From positions 1 through 25,102 of IMG/VR virus record IMGVR_UViG_3300009409_000040: a stretch of DNA of 25,102 nt; one strand, written 5' to 3'. Every line of letters starts with the position of its first letter. Position 1 is the first letter of the stretch. The DNA is from a virus. Lineage: Duplodnaviria; Caudoviricetes. Shown here piece by piece: positions 10,095-18,916 of the stretch. The translations under genes and the position numbers were made by a program. Under the pieces are notes generated by a model, which saw only the letters and a list, made by a program, of their open reading frames with translations, ran no database searches and was not told where the DNA came from.

Positions 10095-10565
10095 TTATCC
10101 TCCTTCATCCCTCTTAAATTCAAATCTACAGAACGGCAATTTGTCAGGACCGTAAGGCTTAGGTGGATCTAACTTAAATCCTAACCATTTAAGCCACTTT
10201 ATAGATTCTGTATTCCTGCAATCTACGTAATTCTCTAGTCTAGAATAACGCTTCTTAATCTCTTTAGTATAAATCCTGTTAACTCTAAGGAATGTATGAG
10301 ATGTCTTCTCTACTAGATCAGATGCTAGTAACCAAGGCACACCCTCATCTGTGAAGGGGGTGTGTTGTGCAACACCAAAGATGCATACAACTTTATCATC
10401 CCACAGCCCAGTAAAGGCTTCATTAGACATAGACACACCCCTCTTTAAAGCATCGTATGGTTTACTATGCCTAGCTGCCCATATCTCCTCAACATCAGCT
10501 ACACGCATTGTCTGAGAAAGTTCTAGGATATGCTCTTCAGTCGTTGGTATAATTTGTTTAGACAT
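10095..10565 (-). CDS. T7 gp13-like / GNAT-fold acetyltransferase-like virion assembly protein
   Basis: Contains MRVADVEEIWA, GVPWLLAS and LENYVDCRNTESIKWLKWLGF (GNAT motif-B-like), in the conserved position after the nozzle gene. Confidence 0.75.
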   Translation of the reverse strand: MSKQIIPTTEEHILELSQTMRVADVEEIWAARHSKPYDALKRGVSMSNEAFTGLWDDKVVCIFGVAQHTPFTDEGVPWLLASDLVEKTSHTFLRVNRIYTKEIKKRYSRLENYVDCRNTESIKWLKWLGFKLDPPKPYGPDKLPFCRFEFKRDEGG

Positions 10566-13500
10566 TACGTTCTACTCTGCCTGAGCTGAACAGTGGCATC
10601 CCCCAATTGCATATCTGGGGCAATTGTCACAATTTCTATAGGTAGCGGATACCTCTGTCTGATGGCAACCCTCCCTTTATTATTCCAACTAGGTAGGATT
10701 TTAACCTCCTGCATACCTGTGAGTAGAGATGTCTCTTCACCATATGCCTCATACTGTCTCTGCTTCATTTCGATTAAGTTATCAAAGTCAGGGCCTATCA
10801 GCATACCTCTACTTCTATTAAACTTAACTGCCACACTTGCAATCTTCTTCTTTCTGTCTATGATGGTCCCTTTAGGTGGTTCAGCATCTAGTGTCTCAAT
10901 GTCAGTGTAGTAAGGTATACCTATATGCAGCCTACTAGTCTTAGTTGTTAGAGTTGCAACACCGGCGGTTATAATGATATCCTCTACGAAGTTACCATTA
11001 GATAGAGCAACAACTGTCTCACCTTCTAAGTGGTCTAAACCACTAACTGTTAACACCCTCTTTCTAACCTTACCATTCTTAACCCTAGCAACGTATGCAG
11101 AGCTGTCTAGCGGGGTGTGAATGGTACCACCATTAGTGTAAGCGGTAAAGCCACGAGAATCTAAAGGGTTGTCAGAAAGGCTATGCAAGTGGAAAGTGGT
11201 AGTTGACGGTACAGTACCAACTGTATAGACACTGTCGTTAGCCTCTGTCATACCTAAGACATTATGCAAGACAACTAAATCACCATCTGCCAAGCCATGA
11301 GCTAGTGACGTAGTCACAATTGCCGGATCAGCTTGAGATATACCAACTATGAAAGTGGTAGTGTTCACAGATACAGGTGTGAACATGGTAGCAGACTTAT
11401 CAGCTACTAGGAAAGGTACGCCATTTAGTTGGTCAGGTTGTGAAGCTGTCTTATTAGCAGTCAGTGTATCTACCCACTCAATATCACTAAAGTCCACTTC
11501 CTCACCATCTAGCAACCCATGAGTAGCTGTTGTGACAACACAAGGGTTGGCAAGTGTTACATTGCTGATATCGAAGGAGGTGTCTAGAGTTAGTCCAGAA
11601 TCTACAAAGAATGCATCTTGTATGTCAGCGAAGTTACGGCTATGGAGCTTCTCAATATACTGCACAGTCTTAGAGTTAATGACACGCTCCACTACAAAGT
11701 ACCCTGTATCATGTGGAGATGTTAGCGTAGGCTGTATGGAAGTAGTACTCTTGAACAGCCCATCGGTGTCCCAGTGAGTCCAACCTATAACTTCTTGTTC
11801 AGGCTCGAATGTCAAACTTAGTAGTTCACCATCATCTCTGCACATCATGATCAGATACAGGTGTTTAGCTAGAGACCAATCATCTATAGTGTGATTACGC
11901 AACAGATGCGAAGTTAGTAGGTTTAAGTCTGATCCAGTATAGCCATCAAGCTGTAAGTTATATCCTAAACTCCTGACAATTGCTTGGTTCTCCTGTACAA
12001 ACAAAGTAACATTACCAACCACAAGAGGTTCCCTATGAGAACTACCCCAATCAGTTTGAGGCTTTTGACTGATAGTTCCGGGAGTGAAAGAGTTACCCCC
12101 TCCACTGTTGACACGCCACTCCCCGCCACTGGTCAAAACAAGTAGGTCATTACCGGGGACAAAGTGTCTGATACTATTAACCTTCCTACTGGACATCGCT
12201 GTAGTTATAGCATCTGTATCTACAGTTGGAGAGCTTGAACTCAAGTTGTCAGGGAACCCCACTCTACTGTAATAGGAAGTATCAGGGTTGTCGGTAGTGC
12301 CACCAAACACTCTACGCTGTTCAAAGTATGATACAGCTCCCGGCCAATCCCCTGAATTAAGGAAGGGGTTACGAGCAGTGGGTGGGGTGAACTGTGTGTC
12401 TGGTGTGTCAATTGTATCATTAAACACAATGTTTGTAGTCTCACCTATTAACCCATAGCTGCCTGTACTACTCCTGTAGATAGCATACTTCTTAGCACTT
12501 GCGACTACTAACCATTCTACTTTCTGGATAGTTCCTGTCTGTGTAGATAGTACATTAGGAGCTGTACTGATTTCCACATGTGTAAGATTAGCTGTAAAAC
12601 CAGTTGCTACTTCTGCAGCGTATCCTGAAGCATCTTCATCGTCCAGAGTAAAGGTGTTAGCATCTGTAACTGTAATTAGAAAACGTCTACCATTTAACTC
12701 AGTCATTTCACCAGCAGCACTAATCTCTATCTCATCCCCAGTCTCTAAGCCATGAGAGGACTTAGTACATACAGGAGGGTTAGCGGCTGTAGCTGTTATG
12801 CCTGTTATGCTATTATTATTGAGAGCAGACAAACTCTCTTGCCCATCTGAATCAAATGCTGTAACCTTGTAATGGTACTTGGTTACTTTAACATTAGTAG
12901 TTACACCAACAGTTACCTGCATCCCTGTAGGTGCTGAATTAGTAGGAGCAAACGTAGGGGTGGTGAGGACAAACACATTGCTGGCGGTTCTAGTTAAGTG
13001 TCTAGGTGCGTACGAGGGATGTACGATGGTCATGGTGTCAGCTGACTGAGTGTACTTCAGCTCAAATAGATCAGCAGTTGTCCAAGGTGTTACAATCTCG
13101 TACACCTTCTTGCAAGTGTCAGTTCCACCTGTAGACTCAGCAACTGCAGGGGCTGGCACAACACCTCCATCAGCTTGTAGTGTTATCTCGAAAGTAGTGG
13201 CAGTCTTATTAGCTACTATGTAACGATTACCATTAAGTTCTGTAGCTTCTGTTAAACCACTGAGTAGCACTTCGTCCCCATTGGAGTAGAGATGGGTACC
13301 TGTCGTTACCACGGGCGGGGCGGCTGCAGTAATAGTAGCTACGTCCTGCGCGGAAGTAGATGTCTCAGTTACGATAGCATCAGCACGTATAAATCTGGCA
13401 TACAGATTGCCCAATTCTATGACATATGTATCAGTATTCTTAAATTGGAAGTCAATGATACGTACAGCTGTGCTATGATCCTTGCATGGACCTAGATACT

Positions 13501-13654
13501 GCAAACCGGGGCGATTGACAATCCCTCCATAAGGCTGTACAATGGCGTTCCTAGCAGTTGCTAAAGCTATTTGATAGGCACCTGTATCAGTACGACCATG
13601 AAGTGCTGGATCTAACTCCCCCTTTGAAAACGACGCCTGACTAAATGTGGGCAT
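10565..13654 (-). CDS. tail tubular protein B/nozzle (gp12/P22 gp10-like) with inserted E1-FCCH-like repeats
   Basis: Contains QASFSKGELDP...GR.D, NAIVQPYGGIVNRPG, YTQSADTMTIVHPSYAP, PGAVSYFEQRRVFGG, EQEVIGWTHWDTDG, FFVDSG and SGLDHLEGETV, all characteristic of podovirus nozzle proteins. Confidence 0.85.
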   Translation of the reverse strand: MPTFSQASFSKGELDPALHGRTDTGAYQIALATARNAIVQPYGGIVNRPGLQYLGPCKDHSTAVRIIDFQFKNTDTYVIELGNLYARFIRADAIVTETSTSAQDVATITAAAPPVVTTGTHLYSNGDEVLLSGLTEATELNGNRYIVANKTATTFEITLQADGGVVPAPAVAESTGGTDTCKKVYEIVTPWTTADLFELKYTQSADTMTIVHPSYAPRHLTRTASNVFVLTTPTFAPTNSAPTGMQVTVGVTTNVKVTKYHYKVTAFDSDGQESLSALNNNSITGITATAANPPVCTKSSHGLETGDEIEISAAGEMTELNGRRFLITVTDANTFTLDDEDASGYAAEVATGFTANLTHVEISTAPNVLSTQTGTIQKVEWLVVASAKKYAIYRSSTGSYGLIGETTNIVFNDTIDTPDTQFTPPTARNPFLNSGDWPGAVSYFEQRRVFGGTTDNPDTSYYSRVGFPDNLSSSSPTVDTDAITTAMSSRKVNSIRHFVPGNDLLVLTSGGEWRVNSGGGNSFTPGTISQKPQTDWGSSHREPLVVGNVTLFVQENQAIVRSLGYNLQLDGYTGSDLNLLTSHLLRNHTIDDWSLAKHLYLIMMCRDDGELLSLTFEPEQEVIGWTHWDTDGLFKSTTSIQPTLTSPHDTGYFVVERVINSKTVQYIEKLHSRNFADIQDAFFVDSGLTLDTSFDISNVTLANPCVVTTATHGLLDGEEVDFSDIEWVDTLTANKTASQPDQLNGVPFLVADKSATMFTPVSVNTTTFIVGISQADPAIVTTSLAHGLADGDLVVLHNVLGMTEANDSVYTVGTVPSTTTFHLHSLSDNPLDSRGFTAYTNGGTIHTPLDSSAYVARVKNGKVRKRVLTVSGLDHLEGETVVALSNGNFVEDIIITAGVATLTTKTSRLHIGIPYYTDIETLDAEPPKGTIIDRKKKIASVAVKFNRSRGMLIGPDFDNLIEMKQRQYEAYGEETSLLTGMQEVKILPSWNNKGRVAIRQRYPLPIEIVTIAPDMQLGDATVQLRQSRT

Positions 13655-13655
13655 A

Positions 13656-14273
13656 CTACCTACCTCTCACCCATTCGGATTCTCTAGGCGGTTGGGACAT
13701 TCTTTCGTTGGCGTCATGAGCTGGCGCAATCCTTATCATACCTTGGTACAAATTCAGCATATCGCTAGACACAGCCCTACTACCTGTCAAGGAGAAGGCC
13801 ATCCTGTGGGCTAGGAGTGCAGCTAGAGTGTCTACGAAATGTGCTGAGAACATGCTAGGGGATTCATTATCAAATGTATAGACAGCTATGGCATCTTCCA
13901 TATTAGTCATGACAACTCTAGCTTGGTTGCCAACTGTAGTCTCAATGTCAAAGGGGATTGCATCATCTGTGACACCATTAGGATTTGAAATCTTCCTCAT
14001 GGCTATACAGTCTGCTGGGTACTGATACCTGTAAACCCATTCGTAGTAAGCGTTGTCTGCAGTGTCATCACTGATCGTATTAATGATAGCTAGATCTAAC
14101 CTCTTCCTGCTAAACCCCCAGTCATACGCTTCCAACACTTGCAGTCGGGAGTAGTCGTACCATAGGTTAGCCTGTGCAGCTTCAGAGCTACTCTCAGTCA
14201 TAGACTCGATAGTAGAGTCTGCGCCTATGTGAGATAGAGCCATGTTACTAATTTGAACACTACTTAAAGCCAT
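13656..14273 (-). CDS. tail tubular protein A / head-tail adaptor
   Basis: Contains VQISNMALSHIG, LEAYDWGFSRKR, WVYRYQYPADC and FVDTLAALLA, and lies directly upstream of the nozzle gene with a GGAGA RBS. Confidence 0.8.
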   Translation of the reverse strand: MALSSVQISNMALSHIGADSTIESMTESSSEAAQANLWYDYSRLQVLEAYDWGFSRKRLDLAIINTISDDTADNAYYEWVYRYQYPADCIAMRKISNPNGVTDDAIPFDIETTVGNQARVVMTNMEDAIAVYTFDNESPSMFSAHFVDTLAALLAHRMAFSLTGSRAVSSDMLNLYQGMIRIAPAHDANERMSQPPRESEWVRGR

Positions 14274-14323
14274 TAACGTCTCCCTGATCTAATATGGAAT
14301 AGTCTAGCATCTTATTAAACCTC

Positions 14324-14452
14324 TTACTTCTTTAATTTAGCTCGTTCTTGTCTAATCACTACCAATGACGTTACCGTAATAACTATCGTGCTAAGAGTTA
14401 TAATAATATACGCTAGCGCAAGCAGAGGGTCGGTGTTCAACAGTTCAATCAT
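14324..14452 (-). CDS. 42-aa single-pass membrane peptide
   Basis: My translation is MIELLNTDPLLALAYIIITLSTIVITVTSLVVIRQERAKLKK: one long hydrophobic helix and a basic tail. AAGG lies upstream and the ORF fills the gap in the operon. Confidence 0.55.
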   Translation of the reverse strand: MIELLNTDPLLALAYIIITLSTIVITVTSLVVIRQERAKLKK

Positions 14453-14661
14453 AGCTCTACCTTTTAGAAAACAGCCTTAAGCTTACTAACCTTCTCAACT
14501 ACCGTTACATCCTTCTTCATTTGCTCAACAGCATCCATGAGCTGCTCTTGAACTACCCTATAGCCTTCTATCTCAGTAGCCAAAGTGGTGCTATCCGACA
14601 GTTCAAGCATAACCCCTCCTTTTTAGAAACTAGCCTTAATCTTATTAATCTTCTCAACTAC
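14438..14661. repeat. imperfect direct repeat of ~65 bp (14438-14502 vs 14596-14661) spanning two consecutive gene junctions
   Basis: Minus strand: GTAGTTGAGAAGATTAATAAGATTAAGGCTAGTTTCTAAAAAGG...ATGCTTGAACTGTCG versus GTAGTTGAGAAGGTTAGTAAGCTTAAGGCTGTTTTCTAAAAGG...ATGATTGAACTGTTG. Confidence 0.8.
14464..14610 (-). CDS. 48-aa shortened paralog of the adjacent 159-aa coiled-coil protein
   Basis: My translation is MLELSDSTTLATEIEGYRVVQEQLMDAVEQMKKDVTVVEKVSKLKAVF, with a strong AGGAGG RBS. It shares EIEGY, KKDV and VVEK..K.KA.F* with 14623..15102. Confidence 0.6.
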   Translation of the reverse strand: MLELSDSTTLATEIEGYRVVQEQLMDAVEQMKKDVTVVEKVSKLKAVF

Positions 14662-15102
14662 GTCTGTATGCAAGGTCATAGCTAAGGTTGTCCTCTTCTC
14701 CGCATCAGCAGCTTCAGCCAATGCCTCATCAACCTTGACCTGAGCAGCAGCTAGCATAGCTTTAAGTTCTGCTGCTGTGTCTTTACGCAGTAGATCTACT
14801 TCATCTTTAGCACGTTGTTTAATACCTTGAGCATCTAGTTTAGCGGCAGCACTGGCTTTTGCTTCCTGCTCCTTAGTGGCGATAAAATGCTCTTGGGCTG
14901 CTTTGACATCCTTCTTGATCTTCTCAACAGATACCTTATAACCTTCTATCTCAGCAGTCAAAGCTACTTTCATAGTGGCTGCTTCTTTAGCTTGATCTTC
15001 TATATCGCCAAGGTTGGCTAAGACATCCTTGACGTACTGAAGAGATTCATGCATTTGGACAAAGCTGTCTAAATGTTTTACTGCGTCTGTAAAATTACTC
15101 AT
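14623..15102 (-). CDS. coiled-coil hypothetical protein
   Basis: 159-aa Ala/Lys/Glu-rich helical ORF, translationally coupled to its upstream gene. Confidence 0.75.
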   Translation of the reverse strand: MSNFTDAVKHLDSFVQMHESLQYVKDVLANLGDIEDQAKEAATMKVALTAEIEGYKVSVEKIKKDVKAAQEHFIATKEQEAKASAAAKLDAQGIKQRAKDEVDLLRKDTAAELKAMLAAAQVKVDEALAEAADAEKRTTLAMTLHTDVVEKINKIKASF

Positions 15103-15464
15103 TAACCGTTTCTACATAAAAGATAAACCGTAACTACAACACTACCACTGCCACTAGCTTCAAGCGGTCTCACCCATAAGGTGTTCTCACCAATCTGCTG
15201 GATACCGGGAGTGGCATCTGCAGTGGAAGAGATAGCAGTGGTGAAGTTCTGAACTGCATTGAGTTCAAACCACGTTGTACCATCGTTGCTACCTTGCATC
15301 GAAATTGTTGCGCCATCCCAAGTGCCTACCATCTGAACACTTTTATCAACAGCACCCGGTATACTCACTCCTACCCCAGTACTGTCATCAATCATGTCCC
15401 AAGAGTATAAATGAACACCCCTACCTACTTGCTTGTGTGTTGCGACTGGTGCGTTAGCTGCCAT
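15102..15464 (-). CDS. hypothetical beta-rich virion protein
   Basis: 120 aa with GTWDGATISMQGSNDGTTWFEL, a motif of small phage beta-sandwich proteins. Coupled to neighbours in the head cluster. Confidence 0.65.
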   Translation of the reverse strand: MAANAPVATHKQVGRGVHLYSWDMIDDSTGVGVSIPGAVDKSVQMVGTWDGATISMQGSNDGTTWFELNAVQNFTTAISSTADATPGIQQIGENTLWVRPLEASGSGSVVVTVYLLCRNG

Positions 15465-15877
15465 TAGATATCACTTTCTGCCGAGTCTTTACTCTGTCCT
15501 TTGCTTATTAAACCTTCTACATCAAACTTTGTGATACGGCCTTCTTTGCCAGTACCTATAATTGAGTTGGCATCTAGCTGGTGTTTCCCAATCAACTCTT
15601 TAGCAGCTGGGCTAATCATATTAAAGTTATCAGCAAATGTCTCATTAGCCTCATTCATCGTAGCAGAGTATGAATCACTCTCAATACGATCTGTATCAAA
15701 ATCTTTAAGGCTGAGAGTTGTTTCCTCTGCAAACAGCTCACCTTCAATCTCAAATTCTACAATCTGTGCAGATCTAGGTAAGATATTTTCTAGTTTTTCA
15801 GGGACAGTTTGCGACATCATGTTCTTCTTCCAACGACGCTCACCATCAAACCAATCGTTCTTAAATACTACTTGCAT
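15464..15877 (-). CDS. acidic protein with C-terminal E3-binding (peripheral subunit-binding, PSBD)-like domain
   Basis: Probable start is ATG 15877 (MQVVFKNDWF). C-terminal ISPAAKELIGKHQLDANSIIGTGKEGRITKFDVEGLI matches the PSBD pattern SPAA...GTG..GRITK.DV. Confidence 0.75.
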   Translation of the reverse strand: MQVVFKNDWFDGERRWKKNMMSQTVPEKLENILPRSAQIVEFEIEGELFAEETTLSLKDFDTDRIESDSYSATMNEANETFADNFNMISPAAKELIGKHQLDANSIIGTGKEGRITKFDVEGLISKGQSKDSAESDI

Positions 15878-15893
15878 TGTTCTCACTTTAATT

Positions 15894-15925
15894 AGAAAGA
15901 AGGGGAGGTGTTTTAATCCCTCCCC
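15894..15925 (-). terminator. intrinsic terminator after the capsid/cement genes
   Basis: Minus strand GGGGAGG-10 nt-CCTCCCC followed by TTCTTTCT, immediately after the stop codon at 15933. Confidence 0.7.
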
Positions 15926-15932
15926 AGTTTAA

Positions 15933-16382
15933 CTAAGCTGCGAATGGAGTTGCTTCCGTGCCACTCTGTGAAATCTGTCCTTTAATGAACCAGACTCCAG
16001 AGGCAACGTCAACAACTTCAATGAAGTCACCGATAGCGACACCACCAGTAGTGGTCCCGTTAGTGATATACTTGGTCTGCGTAGTAGCAGTCCAGCCTTC
16101 AGCGTTACCAGTAGTAGAAGCATCATCGCCGACACCCATGACATTCCCTTTAAACACGTCCGTGCCTGCAGCGTCTACAGTAACGGCCTGAGCCGCAGCC
16201 GCGTGGACAATGGTGTATTTAGCACCAGTGCCTAGAGCAGGTGGGAGAGTGATGGTAGTCGTTCCCGACACATAGCAGATACGGCCTTCGTGGCCATGCA
16301 GTGTGAGGGTCGTAGCTGCAGCGATAGCGACCACTCTGGCCGACACATCGCAGTTGTTCCTAATCTCTCGTTGTGTAGTCAT
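15933..16382 (-). CDS. putative head decoration/fibre protein
   Basis: Probable start is ATG 16382 with an AAGGA RBS. Thr/Gly/Ala-rich beta protein (TTITLPPALGTGAKYTIV...GTEATPFAA) downstream of the cement gene and before the terminator. Confidence 0.6.
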   Translation of the reverse strand: MTTQREIRNNCDVSARVVAIAAATTLTLHGHEGRICYVSGTTTITLPPALGTGAKYTIVHAAAAQAVTVDAAGTDVFKGNVMGVGDDASTTGNAEGWTATTQTKYITNGTTTGGVAIGDFIEVVDVASGVWFIKGQISQSGTEATPFAA

Positions 16383-16410
16383 ATCGTTTTCCTTCAATCC
16401 AGAAGTTGGA

Positions 16411-16433
16411 GAGGAGGCGGCTGCCCCCTCCCC
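16411..16433 (-). other. GC-rich intergenic hairpin (transcript stabiliser or weak terminator)
   Basis: Minus strand GGGGAGG...CCTCCTC stem between the cement gene and the next ORF, with no clear U-tract. Confidence 0.4.
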
Positions 16434-16443
16434 TTAGCTGTTA

Positions 16444-16917
16444 TTAGTTACTCGCGTCAGCGTAACCATCAATGTTCGTGCCCATAGGATCTGCCGTCAA
16501 GAAGACTTCGATATTACCAGCATCAAAGCCAGCAGTTGCAACAACTACCTGAACACCCAGGTAGCGTTCATAAGTGTTACTTGTTCCTGCAGGAGGAAGA
16601 GGGTAGACGTAGCGATCACCAACAGCCAGCGCAGCCTTAAGAATAGGCGGCGAGGTGATGTGACCAGTAGACGTTGTAGCATGGATTGCAGCACTGCTGT
16701 CACTACGCAAGCGCAAAGACAGAGTAGCAGCATCCCCACCATCAGTAAAGGCGGTGGTGACTACAAAGCACATGTACATCTGCTGACCTGCACCCGGATC
16801 ACGACCTGTAACTCCGAGGTCAATCTGGTTAGTGATGAGTGAAGTGCCCGCTTCTAAGTTACAATCGAATGGAGTACCATCGACAGAGAAGTGGAGTAGT
16901 GAGTCCATAATAGCCAT
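16444..16917 (-). CDS. Bbp16-like capsid cement protein
   Basis: MAIMDSLLHFS...TNQIDLG...G.G..M...VVTTAF...YERYLGV...AGNIEVFLT fits the jelly-roll cement pattern. Lies directly after the major capsid gene. Confidence 0.8.
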   Translation of the reverse strand: MAIMDSLLHFSVDGTPFDCNLEAGTSLITNQIDLGVTGRDPGAGQQMYMCFVVTTAFTDGGDAATLSLRLRSDSSAAIHATTSTGHITSPPILKAALAVGDRYVYPLPPAGTSNTYERYLGVQVVVATAGFDAGNIEVFLTADPMGTNIDGYADASN

Positions 16918-16946
16918 TGTGTTATCCTTTGTGTTAGAGAGTTATA

Positions 16947-17957
16947 TTACGTAATAGCTGCTTCGTCGGCAGACAAACTATCGCAACGCTTGAGGGGGAC
17001 ACCGTTCCAAGAAGTAATGAACTTACCACCGACATTCGCATCGACAAGCGTAGAACCACCAGTACCATTGGTGAGCTGACGGCGGAGGTAGGACATGGTG
17101 TTACGGCTCATGTAGAAGGCCGCTCGCCCAGCACCCAAGTTGGGGATCTGAGTGATTGCTTGGAACATGAGATCAGGAAGATCGGCTCCACCAGACGCAT
17201 CATTCGTAAGCAGGGACTTGTCGATGTTACAGATACGAACCGCGTAGCGCCAGTCACGAACAGTAAGACCAACGTCAAAGCGGAAGTGACTACGATACGC
17301 TTGCATACGTCCAGAACCAGCCGTACCAGCCGTAGCATTCTCAAGCGTAACTTCACCAAGATCCTGATGCTGTAGACCAGCCTTACTACCCTTGGGGATG
17401 ATGCCGTGAATCGTATTCGGACCCCAGACAACAAGCCACATAGAGGCATTGTCTGAACCCGTACCACCACCATCAAGGACATTTTCACTGTTGTCATCAG
17501 CAGTTAGATTGGCATAGCGAGGGGACAGTCCAGTGAAAGCTTCTGGCTCCGTACCTTCATTACCATAGAACAGCGTGTCAACAACTTCCTGAGTAATACC
17601 TTCGATATGAGGGCGAGTCTCAGACATGCGGAAAGCAGCAGTGTTGCCATTGAGGTCGGCTAGAGCCTTATCAATTTCAGCATACGCTTCTAGCATACCA
17701 GTGTTGTCCGTAACCTGAGCGTTCGTGCTCTTCGTGGGCTGGACACCACCATATAGCTTACGCCACGTCGGGGCGGGGATGCCAGTTCGGATCGTAGTAC
17801 GATGACCAGTGGGAAGATTACCTTCCACAAACGTCATATCATCAAACACTTCATTCGTCTCATTGAGAATTTCTACAATGGACGCGATAGAACCATCGGG
17901 ATCAGTTGCTTTAGCAATGTCCAGAAGGGTTGGGTTTGTTACGGCTAATGCAGCCAT
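16947..17957 (-). CDS. major capsid protein (BPP-1 Bbp17 / epsilon15-like)
   Basis: Contains NPTLLDIAKATDPDG..IVEILNETNE, EGNLPTGHRTTIRTGIPAPTWRKLYGGVQP, GMLEAYAEIDKALADLNGNTAAFR and GLTVRDWRYAVRICNID. Confidence 0.95.
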   Translation of the reverse strand: MAALAVTNPTLLDIAKATDPDGSIASIVEILNETNEVFDDMTFVEGNLPTGHRTTIRTGIPAPTWRKLYGGVQPTKSTNAQVTDNTGMLEAYAEIDKALADLNGNTAAFRMSETRPHIEGITQEVVDTLFYGNEGTEPEAFTGLSPRYANLTADDNSENVLDGGGTGSDNASMWLVVWGPNTIHGIIPKGSKAGLQHQDLGEVTLENATAGTAGSGRMQAYRSHFRFDVGLTVRDWRYAVRICNIDKSLLTNDASGGADLPDLMFQAITQIPNLGAGRAAFYMSRNTMSYLRRQLTNGTGGSTLVDANVGGKFITSWNGVPLKRCDSLSADEAAIT

Positions 17958-17969
17958 TAACTATCTCCT

Positions 17970-18602
17970 TTAAGTTTTCCCTTGATTAGGGAATAATAAA
18001 TCAGCATGGGACTTCTTAACTTGAGGGTTGTTCTTACCAAAGACAAAGCTATCATCGCTAACAGCTGTTCCAATCTTGGTAAGCATACGAATAACCTCTG
18101 GGTGATTTCCCATACCACTAGTATTCAAAGCTTCTTTTAGTTTCTCGTTACCAAAGACATCTAAGCCTTTCTTGGCAAGACCGATATTCTCTTGAAACTT
18201 AGCTCCACCAATATCTGGATCAGAGCTAGCCTCATCTCTCCAGCTAGCTAGCTGATCCTGCCATGCTGTCTGTTGTGCTTCAAGACCATCAGCCTGAGCC
18301 TTCTGGTACATGCTAACAAACTTGTCAGCCTGAACCTGTGTGAGTGAAGCATCCTTTGCAATCAAGCTGAAGTCAGCTGCAGTAGCTTCATCCAACTCAA
18401 CACCTTCAGGCATACTAAACTCATACGTCTCTGGGACTGCACTCTCTTCTTTTGGGTCCGCCTTGTCACTAGAGTCAGCTGGGCTGTCCTCTTCTGATTT
18501 GCTTTCCTCATCAACTGAATCTGTGAGTAGAGTGTTATCTACATTAACATCTTCAGATGTCTCTTCAGAAGTTTCTTCAACCTCTGTATTTTCTTCTGCC
18601 AT
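17970..18602 (-). CDS. capsid scaffolding protein (Bbp18-like)
   Basis: Acidic N-terminus, VPETYEFSMPEG, DPDIGGAKF, LNTSGMGNHPEVIRM..KIG..VSDD and C-terminal ADLLFPN. Directly precedes the capsid gene. Confidence 0.85.
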   Translation of the reverse strand: MAEENTEVEETSEETSEDVNVDNTLLTDSVDEESKSEEDSPADSSDKADPKEESAVPETYEFSMPEGVELDEATAADFSLIAKDASLTQVQADKFVSMYQKAQADGLEAQQTAWQDQLASWRDEASSDPDIGGAKFQENIGLAKKGLDVFGNEKLKEALNTSGMGNHPEVIRMLTKIGTAVSDDSFVFGKNNPQVKKSHADLLFPNQGKT

Positions 18603-18916
18603 CAGGCATCTCTCTCAATTGCTTCATCACGTATCTGGGAATAGAAGTGGGCATCCACCTCTGCTATCATTTCAATAACATCTAAACCAATGCTTCTTCT
18701 CCCCTCATAATAAAATGTTCTGTTATCACCAGTCATGCTATCTTTATACATTCCGCATTTGCTTAACAAACGCCAGAAGACAGCTCTCCCTTCATACGTA
18801 TCTAGTACAGCCTTAAGCTCACTAGCCTCTCTATCCTGTATCAATTCATACTTAGTCTTCTTAGACTTAGTCTGAGCTACATCGCCAGCATCATATGCTT
18901 TAGTTTCCTGTGGCAT
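18602..18916 (-). CDS. Bbp19-like conserved phage protein
   Basis: LKAVLDTYEGRAVFWRLLSKCG...TFYYEGRRSIGL, located between portal and scaffold. Confidence 0.8.
   Translation of the reverse strand: MPQETKAYDAGDVAQTKSKKTKYELIQDREASELKAVLDTYEGRAVFWRLLSKCGMYKDSMTGDNRTFYYEGRRSIGLDVIEMIAEVDAHFYSQIRDEAIERDA

Noticed and set aside
14462-14661. Diversity-generating retroelement TR/VR pair (4 of 5 mismatches in the 41-bp core fall on adenines of one copy, and BPP-1-like phages can carry DGRs)
   Set aside because: The repeat is short, has non-adenine mismatches in the flanks and spans gene junctions. Neither ORF looks like a lectin-type target and there is no reverse transcriptase in the window. Tandem duplication explains it better.
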